This document shows positions 58,093-64,000 of a DNA stretch of 64,000 bases, one piece after another. A program made the translations under genes and the position numbers. The stretch comes from an uncultured Clostridia bacterium (GTDB lineage Bacteria; Bacillota; Clostridia; UBA1381; UMGS1253): contig CAKSHP010000009.1 of the NCBI GenBank assembly GCA_934457145.1, forward strand, positions 626 to 64,625. Direction: 5' to 3'. The notes under the pieces are model-generated. The model searched no databases, had not been told where the DNA came from, and worked only from the letters and a program-made list of their open reading frames with translations. Within the stretch, counting starts at the first letter, position 1. Every line of letters starts with the position of its first letter.

Positions 58093-58164
58093 AGGGATTT
58101 ACCTATTCCCTCAAAAAAATACGCCGCATACAAAAACTGCGGCGCATTTTTCTTTATTAAAAAC

Positions 58165-59475
58165 TTATTTTAAAAACAGTTCAATAACGGGAACAACAAC
58201 GTTTGGCTTAACTTCGGGGAGCGTTATAACCAAAAGACCGGCATTTTCCGAGGCAGACTCGCTGAAGTGTTCAACCTTGCCTTCGGTGTATAAAAGTTCG
58301 CTTCCGTCATGCAAAAACTGTGCATAGTCAACTTTTCCGGCAAAACCGTCAAGCTCTAAGAACTTATAAGGATAGTCGAAAAGATGAATGTAAAGGCGCG
58401 AACCATCCTCCGATTGAGTAAGTCGGCAACCATTCGGCGCTTTAAACTCCGGCTCTGCCATCGTGCAGCCATAGATTGAACGTGAGTTATATTTCATCCA
58501 GTCGCCGTAAACCTTTAGTGCGTTTTCGGCGCGGTAGTCAAAATATCCTCTTGAAGTTGGGCCAACGTTCATTAAAAGGTTACCACCGCAGGAAACGGTG
58601 TTTACAAGCATCTGAATAAGCATTTCGGGCGATTTCCATGTCATTTCATCTCTGTAGTAACCCCATGAACCGGAAAACGTCTGGCAAGCCTCCCATGTGA
58701 CAAGCTCGCCGGTTTCCTTGTGTTTAACCCAGCTTAACGGCTGATACTGTTCAGGCGTCCACAAATCCTGTTCAATTTCGGTGCGGTTATCGATTATAAT
58801 ATGCGGCTGAAGAGAGCGTGCGGTTTTAATAAGCTCCTCTGCCTCCCAGTCATCCTTGCCTTTTCCCTGCATCCAGTCCGGAAAATCGGGATTTTTTTTG
58901 TATGAAAAGTCAAACCACAAAATGTCGATTTTGCCATAGTTGGTTAAAAGCTCGGTCACCTGGTTTCTCATATACTCGGCATATTTGTGCATATCTCTGC
59001 CTTCGTTTAACTCCTGTGCGTTTGGCTCATTTTTTCTTGGGTGAATATGGTCAATCGTAAAATCCGGATGGTGCCAGTCGAGCAGCGAATAATAAAAGCC
59101 TATGTGCAGTCCTTCGCTGCGAAAAGCGTCGACATATTCGCGGACAAGGTCGCGGCCGGCTTTTGTGTTGGTGCATTTGTAGTCGGTGTATTTTGAATCG
59201 AACATACAAAAGCCCTCGTGGTGTTTGGTTGTTAAGACAACATATTTCATGCCGGCGTCTTTTGCCTGTCTTGCCCACTCTTTCGGATCATACATATCGG
59301 GATCAAAATACTTAAAATACTTATCGTATTTTTCCTCGGAAATGGCCTCTCTTGTTTTAACCCATTCGTGACGCGCAGGCATGGAATAAAGTCCCCAGTG
59401 GATAAACATGCCGAAACGGTCATGCGTAAACCATGAGGTGTCGCCCGGAGTTTTTCTTGTTACATAGCTTGACAT
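58165..59475 (-). CDS. Alpha-L-fucosidase, glycoside hydrolase family 29
   Basis: DRFGMFIHWGLYS, YVVLTTKHHEGFCMFDS and GKIDILWFD are GH29 signatures. ATG 59475 is preferred (AAAGGA RBS). Confidence 0.85.
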   Translation of the reverse strand: MSSYVTRKTPGDTSWFTHDRFGMFIHWGLYSMPARHEWVKTREAISEEKYDKYFKYFDPDMYDPKEWARQAKDAGMKYVVLTTKHHEGFCMFDSKYTDYKCTNTKAGRDLVREYVDAFRSEGLHIGFYYSLLDWHHPDFTIDHIHPRKNEPNAQELNEGRDMHKYAEYMRNQVTELLTNYGKIDILWFDFSYKKNPDFPDWMQGKGKDDWEAEELIKTARSLQPHIIIDNRTEIEQDLWTPEQYQPLSWVKHKETGELVTWEACQTFSGSWGYYRDEMTWKSPEMLIQMLVNTVSCGGNLLMNVGPTSRGYFDYRAENALKVYGDWMKYNSRSIYGCTMAEPEFKAPNGCRLTQSEDGSRLYIHLFDYPYKFLELDGFAGKVDYAQFLHDGSELLYTEGKVEHFSESASENAGLLVITLPEVKPNVVVPVIELFLK

Positions 59476-59633
59476 AAAAAACATTCCTTTCAAAATTATA
59501 TTTTTAATTATTTTACCATGAAAATATTTTATTGTAAATAGACAATACTAACCTTTGATGCGTTTAATTTGTAAAATGCTAACCTCTTTTTACACATATG
59601 AATTAATTGTCATTTTATGAAAACAGTTTTTAG

Positions 59634-59662
59634 TTGACAATTGTGCGAAAAAGAGTTATAAT
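59634..59662 (+). promoter_or_regulatory. Consensus sigma-A promoter for the SCP2-domain gene
   Basis: TTGACA (59634-59639), 17-nt spacer, TATAAT (59657-59662). Confidence 0.6.
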
Positions 59663-59777
59663 TTATATGATAGGTGATACAGAAAATGTTTTGTATTGCG
59701 TATTTTTCAATAGATAGGGTTTTCACAGGCTTATTTTTAACCGCGAAAAGTAAATTTTTTTGAAAGGTGGAATAGAA

Positions 59778-60275
59778 ATGACGTTTATTGAAAAATTTGA
59801 AGCTATAGAAAAGAAAATGAAAAATATTGAGGCAGACGCTTTAAAAGAGGAGTTTGCAATTCAGGTTACCATGAATGATAAGGATTGCGGCGGAACGTTT
59901 TATGTTGCAAACATCGGCGGAGACTTTAATGTTAAGCCGTATAATTATTATGATAACACGGTGGCAATCGTGTGCGCTGCAAAAGATTTTATCGATCTTA
60001 TAGGCGGTAAGGCGGATTTTGAAAAGTCGGTTGCAGAAAATAAAATTGAAGTGTACGGAAACGAAGAACATGCAAAGCTTTTGGGAAAGCTTGTGAAAAA
60101 GCCCGCAAAAAGAACGGTTAAAAAGCCTGCTGCAAAGAAACCGGCAGCTGCAAAGCCCGCGGCTAAAAAAACGGTGCAGAAAGTTGCAGCGGAAGTGAAA
60201 AAAGAAGAAACAAAGCCTTTGGCAGCGGAGAAAAAAACCGAAGTTAAAAAGGCTGCTGATAAGAAAATAAAATAA
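59778..60275 (+). CDS. SCP2 sterol-carrier-like domain protein with a Lys/Ala/Pro-rich histone-H1-like tail
   Basis: 165 aa counted from ATG 59778 (AAAGGTGG RBS). The N-terminal roughly 100 aa is SCP2-like (GGTFYVANIGGDFNVKPYNYYD...DLIGGKADFEKSVAENKIEVYG). The tail reads KKPAKRTVKKPAAKKPAAAKPAAKKTVQK... Confidence 0.7.
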   Translation: MTFIEKFEAIEKKMKNIEADALKEEFAIQVTMNDKDCGGTFYVANIGGDFNVKPYNYYDNTVAIVCAAKDFIDLIGGKADFEKSVAENKIEVYGNEEHAKLLGKLVKKPAKRTVKKPAAKKPAAAKPAAKKTVQKVAAEVKKEETKPLAAEKKTEVKKAADKKIK

Positions 60276-60280
60276 ATTAT

Positions 60281-60309
60281 AAAAGGTGCTGTTTTTGCAG
60301 CACCTTTTA
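60281..60309 (+). terminator. Rho-independent terminator
   Basis: AAAAGGTGCTG pairs with CAGCACCTTTT. Confidence 0.85.
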
Positions 60310-60401
60310 TGTTAGATTGTGGATTTATGATATGCTCAAACTGAAAATCTATCATTTGTATCAGTCCCTTTGGTTTACTAACCTATAGATTTACACTACT
60401 C

Positions 60402-60545
60402 TCAAACGCCGTCAACTTCTGCAAATGAAGTCTCGCAGTAATCGTCATAAAATATAGGAAACTTCGGTATTGTGTTTTTGACGTTCTTTTTGCAGCAGTC
60501 ACACTGTGCAAAAGCTTTTACCTCGGGCATAAGTTTTGTTTTCAT
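60402..60545 (-). CDS. 47-aa Cys-rich small protein (MKTKLMPEVKAFAQCDCCKKNVKNTIPKFPIFYDDYCETSFAEVDGV)
   Basis: A strong RBS AAAGGAGG lies 8 nt upstream of ATG 60545. The longer track ORF (to 60632) lacks an RBS. The gene is divergent from the XRE/S24 repressor gene. Confidence 0.45.
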   Translation of the reverse strand: MKTKLMPEVKAFAQCDCCKKNVKNTIPKFPIFYDDYCETSFAEVDGV

Positions 60546-60752
60546 GTTTACTACCTCCTTTCGAAAATTTGACTTATTTTTTCTTTTGTGGTATGATTGA
60601 TTGGTAATCGCTGTGGCCATAGTATAATTCAATCTTGTTCGATTGTCAACAGACTAATTCGTTTAATTTCAATTTAATCACCTTAGACAAATTTTATGAT
60701 TGAATATAGTTGAATTTGCACAAAAACAATTGTAATTTTGAGGTGGTAAAAA

Positions 60753-61382
60753 ATGTTTTGGGAAATTTTTGACGACTTATGCAAACAAAATGGAATATCA
60801 GCAACCGCTGTTTGCAAAAAACTTTCAATTGCTTCCGGAATGGTTACAGAATGGAAGAAAGGGCGAACGCCGTATAATGCAACATTAAAAAAAATAGCAG
60901 ATTATTTCAACGTTTCGGTTGATTATCTGCTCGGCAAAGAAGAAAAAGCAGACATTGCGGCAGCACTATTAAAGCAATACGGACTAATGCCTATAAAACA
61001 TAAAAAATTCCGTATGCTTGGTGAAACAGCTTGTGGCGAACCGATATTTTGCGATGAGGAATACGATACCTTTGTCGACGCGAGTGCCAATATAGATGCA
61101 GATTTTTGTTTAAAAGCAAAGGGAGACAGCATGGTAAATGCCCGCATATATGATGGTGATATCGTGTTTATCAAACAAACGACTATGGTTAATAACGGTG
61201 AAATTGCTGCCGTAATTGTTGGTGATGAAGCAATGTTAAGAAGAGTTTATTATAACGAAGATAACACGTTTGTTTTATCTGCTGAAAATCCGCAATATGA
61301 GCCCCTTGTTTATACAAAGGAGGAACTTAACAATATAAATATTCTTGGTCGTGCAGTTGCTTTTATGAGTCATGTAAAATAA
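60753..61382 (+). CDS. XRE-family HTH / S24 peptidase repressor (CI/HdiR/LexA-like)
   Basis: The N-terminal HTH_3 reads ISATAVCKKLSIASGMVTEWKKGRTPYNATLKKIADYFNVSVDYLLG. The C-terminal S24 fold carries GDSM. Confidence 0.8.
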   Translation: MFWEIFDDLCKQNGISATAVCKKLSIASGMVTEWKKGRTPYNATLKKIADYFNVSVDYLLGKEEKADIAAALLKQYGLMPIKHKKFRMLGETACGEPIFCDEEYDTFVDASANIDADFCLKAKGDSMVNARIYDGDIVFIKQTTMVNNGEIAAVIVGDEAMLRRVYYNEDNTFVLSAENPQYEPLVYTKEELNNINILGRAVAFMSHVK

Positions 61383-61473
61383 AAAATAATGAAAGCGCAT
61401 GAAGCAAAGAGTATTTTGAAAGCTTTTTTTATTGAGCGTTTACGCTGAAATAACCAATAAAAAACACGCAAAA

Positions 61474-61513
61474 AGCCTATGAACATTAGATTTTCTAACA
61501 TTCATAGGCTTTA
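61474..61513 (+). terminator. Hairpin downstream of the repressor gene (probable terminator)
   Basis: AGCCTATGAA (61474-61483) pairs with TTCATAGGCT (61501-61510), extended by inner TTAG/CTAA pairing. Moderately T-rich sequence follows. Confidence 0.55.
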
Positions 61514-61520
61514 ATGATTT

Positions 61521-61597
<77 letters not shown>

Positions 61598-61613
61598 ATA
61601 ACGCAACTCGTTT

Positions 61614-61641
61614 AAAAATACTGCCCTAAGGCAGTATTTTT
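61614..61641 (-). terminator. Rho-independent terminator of ptsH
   Basis: AAAAATACTGCC pairs with GGCAGTATTTTT around a 4-nt loop. Confidence 0.8.
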
Positions 61642-61655
61642 AAACTGCATTTTAC

Positions 61656-61919
61656 TTACTCTGCAAAATTATTTTCAACAAGAGCTACCAATGCGTCAAC
61701 AGCTTCTTTTTCATCGATACCGTCGGCAATAACATTAATAGATGTTCCTCTTGTAATTCCTAATGACAAAACGCCAAGCAAGCTTTTTGCGTTCACTTTT
61801 CTTTCTTCTTTTTCAACCCAAATACTGGACTTAAACTCATTTGCTTTCTGAATGAAAAAGGTTGCCGGTCTGGCATGAAGCCCTACCTGGTTCTGAAGAA
61901 CAACTTCCTTAGAATACAT
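61656..61919 (-). CDS. ptsH: Phosphocarrier protein HPr
   Basis: 87 aa. The His15 motif GLHARPA and the Ser46 regulatory motif KSLLGVLSLG are both present. Confidence 0.9.
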   Translation of the reverse strand: MYSKEVVLQNQVGLHARPATFFIQKANEFKSSIWVEKEERKVNAKSLLGVLSLGITRGTSINVIADGIDEKEAVDALVALVENNFAE

Positions 61920-62065
61920 TACACACTATCTCCTCTCAGAAATATATGACAAACCCTTAACTGTAACGATACAAATCTACTTTAATTACTATACACTTTA
62001 TTTTGTAAATAGTCAAGAACTTTTTAATATATTTTTAAAATTCTACTTTATTACCTAAATTTCCG

Positions 62066-63196
62066 CTATATACGGGTAGAAATTTTATTTATATTTTCAG
62101 CTTTAAATTCTTTAAAACGTCCTTCGTCGAGTGCGTCGCGGATTTGCTTTGTTAAATTGTTATAAAAATACAAATTGTGCAGCACACATAAACGCTGCGC
62201 AAGCATTTCTTTTGCTTTAAATAAATGCCTGATGTATGCCCGGCTGTAAAATCTGCATGCCTCGCATCCGCAGCCCTCCTCAATGGGATTTGTGTCAAGT
62301 TCATATTTTGCATTCATTATATTCATTATGCCGTTTTTTGTAAAAACATGTCCGTGACGGGCATTTCTGCTCGGCATAACACAGTCAAAAAAGTCCACGC
62401 CGCGGTCCACCGCTTCTATAATGTTTGCCGGTGTGCCAACGCCCATCAGATAACGCGGTTTGTCCTTTGGCATAAACGGCTCAACCTGTTCAATTATATG
62501 ATACATCTCCTCATGGCTCTCGCCGACCGCAAGACCGCCGATTGCATACCCGTCAAGATTAAGTTCTGCAATCTTTTGCATGTGCTCTGTGCGTATGTCA
62601 TCATATGTGCCGCCCTGATTAATGCCGAAAAGCATCTGTTTTTTATTTATGGTATTTGGCATTTCGTTTAGCCTGTCAAGCTCTTTTTTGCATCTTTCAA
62701 GCCAGCGTGCCGTTCTGTCAACCGATTTTCGTGTGTAGTCATATTCCGACGGATTTTCTATACATTCGTCAAATGCCATTGCAATTGTTGATGCAAGGTT
62801 CGACTGTATGCGCATGCTTTCCTCCGGACCCATAAATATTCTTTTGCCGTCAATATGCGAAGAAAAATAAACTCCTTCTTCTTCAATTTTCCGCAGTCCC
62901 GCAAGCGAAAACACCTGAAAACCGCCGCTGTCCGTTAAAATCGGTCTGTCCCAGTTCATCATTTTGTGAAGTCCGCCAAGTTTATATACAACTTCGTCGC
63001 CCGGACGAAGATGCAAATGATAAGTGTTTGAAAGCTCTATCTGACAGCCGACCTCTTTTAAATCAACCGTTGAGACCGCTCCTTTTATTGCGGCAATTGT
63101 GCCGACATTCATAAAAACAGGGGTTTGAATTGTGCCGTGAATTGTTTTAAATTCTCCCCGCCTTGCTTTTCCTTCCGTTTTTTTTAGTGTAAACAT
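62066..63196 (-). CDS. tgt: Queuine tRNA-ribosyltransferase
   Basis: TPVFMNVGT, LTDSGGFQV and the zinc motif CxCxxC (CGCEAC)...H are present. ATG 63196 is preferred over TTG 63208. Confidence 0.9.
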   Translation of the reverse strand: MFTLKKTEGKARRGEFKTIHGTIQTPVFMNVGTIAAIKGAVSTVDLKEVGCQIELSNTYHLHLRPGDEVVYKLGGLHKMMNWDRPILTDSGGFQVFSLAGLRKIEEEGVYFSSHIDGKRIFMGPEESMRIQSNLASTIAMAFDECIENPSEYDYTRKSVDRTARWLERCKKELDRLNEMPNTINKKQMLFGINQGGTYDDIRTEHMQKIAELNLDGYAIGGLAVGESHEEMYHIIEQVEPFMPKDKPRYLMGVGTPANIIEAVDRGVDFFDCVMPSRNARHGHVFTKNGIMNIMNAKYELDTNPIEEGCGCEACRFYSRAYIRHLFKAKEMLAQRLCVLHNLYFYNNLTKQIRDALDEGRFKEFKAENINKISTRI

Positions 63197-63221
63197 TGTT
63201 TCCCCCAAATATAACTAAAAT

Positions 63222-64000
63222 TTAATAAATAAACATTGCATCACCGAAACTGAAAAATCTGTATTTTTCTTTAACGGCTGTTTCATATGCATGCATAATG
63301 ATCTCTTTTGAAGCAAATGCACTCACAAGCATAATAAGAGTGGACTCGGGAAGATGAAAATTTGTTATAAGTGCGTCAACGCATTTAAATTTATACCCCG
63401 GATATATAAAAATATCCGTCCAGCCCGTTTCGGGCGACACAAACCCGTTTTCGTCAGATACCGTTTCAATAACGCGGTTAGACGTTGTACCGACGCAAAT
63501 AATGCGTTTGCCTGCCTTTTTTGCACCGTTTATCACATCACATGTTTTTTGGTCTATGCAGTAAAACTCTGAATGCATTTTATGATCCGTTATTTCGTCT
63601 GCTTTCACCGGACGAAATGTTCCGAGTCCGACGTGAAGCGTGACATATGCAATTTTTACGCCTTTGTTTTCAATCTGGGCCAAAAGCTCTTTTGTAAAAT
63701 GAAGTCCCGCGGTCGGTGCAGCGGCAGAACCTTCGTTTTTTGAATATACTGTCTGATAGCGCTCTTTGTCCGTAAGTTTTTTTGTTATATAAGGCGGCAG
63801 CGGCATCTGTCCGAGACGGTCTAAAATTTCTTCAAACACGCCGTCGTAATAAAACTTAACTAAGCGGTTGCCGTCGTTTACAATTTCAAGCACTTCCGCT
63901 TTTAAAAGTCCGCCGCCAAATTCAAAAACAGCCCCCGGCTTTGCCCGGCGCCCCGGCTTTAAAATAACCTCCCACACATCAAGCGAGTGTTTGTGTAAAA
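63222..64000 (-). CDS. queA: S-adenosylmethionine:tRNA ribosyltransferase-isomerase, partial (5' end outside the window)
   Basis: [37 protein letters not shown] and the end [11 protein letters not shown] are QueA signatures. The frame is open to the window edge. Confidence 0.9.
   Translation of the reverse strand, partial: LHKHSLDVWEVILKPGRRAKPGAVFEFGGGLLKAEVLEIVNDGNRLVKFYYDGVFEEILDRLGQMPLPPYITKKLTDKERYQTVYSKNEGSAAAPTAGLHFTKELLAQIENKGVKIAYVTLHVGLGTFRPVKADEITDHKMHSEFYCIDQKTCDVINGAKKAGKRIICVGTTSNRVIETVSDENGFVSPETGWTDIFIYPGYKFKCVDALITNFHLPESTLIMLVSAFASKEIIMHAYETAVKEKYRFFSFGDAMFIY

Noticed and set aside
57730-58160. ORFs 57730-57972 and 57969-58160, which share the peptide VGKGLAFSVLFSVKFYLNPRQGGAPALQG
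   Set aside because: The shared peptide is simply the translation of the identical GC-rich repeat copies B and C. There is no RBS, and the same applies to 47461-47880 and 47499-47747 over copy A.
60633-60752. SOS (Cheo) box CGAACNNNNGTTCG in the divergent promoter region
   Set aside because: The best candidate is CGAACAAGATTGAA (the complement of 60640-60653). It has a good left half-site but a poor right half, which is not convincing.

Overview
All calls below come from reading the sequence, recognising motifs and using the supplied ORF track. No database search or folding program was run.

This is a low-GC Firmicutes/Clostridia-type chromosome segment centred on the replication origin. The minus strand carries dnaA-dnaN-yaaA-recF-DUF370-gyrB. 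A DnaA-box cluster lies upstream of dnaA. A DnaA-box, TAG-trio and AT-rich unwinding module lies between dnaA and dnaN. Spore-related genes (SipL-like DUF3794/LysM, SleB-like hydrolase, YabE-like G5/3D protein) suggest a spore-forming Clostridia member; this is inference.

Housekeeping genes:
- rsmA (partial), ACT/UPF0210 pair, WalRK-like two-component system
- parA-parB with two perfect parS sites
- htpG preceded by a perfect CIRCE operator
- serS, metNIQ, an MsbA-like ABC exporter
- tRNA-Pro(CGG), ptsH, tgt, queA (partial)

Accessory content:
- Glycoside hydrolases GH36 (two copies), GH31 and GH29, plus a beta-helix GH pseudogene
- Three AraC regulators
- A 1017-aa secreted protein
- A regulator / giant cadherin-like surface protein (1718 aa) / SLH protein locus
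- An orphan 663-aa McrC/DUF2357-like protein

Most notable observations:
1. A previously unannotated 28-codon Met/Cys-rich leader ORF with its own consensus promoter, strong RBS and a terminator/antiterminator arrangement upstream of metNIQ. No S-box or T-box is visible there.
2. A 2.7-kb tandem duplication that gives two identical alpha-galactosidase genes, with informative junction scars.
3. A GC-rich structured repeat family of about 80 bp, present in three copies.
4. The orphan degenerate PD-(D/E)xK protein.
5. A triplicated unassigned module inside the giant surface protein.
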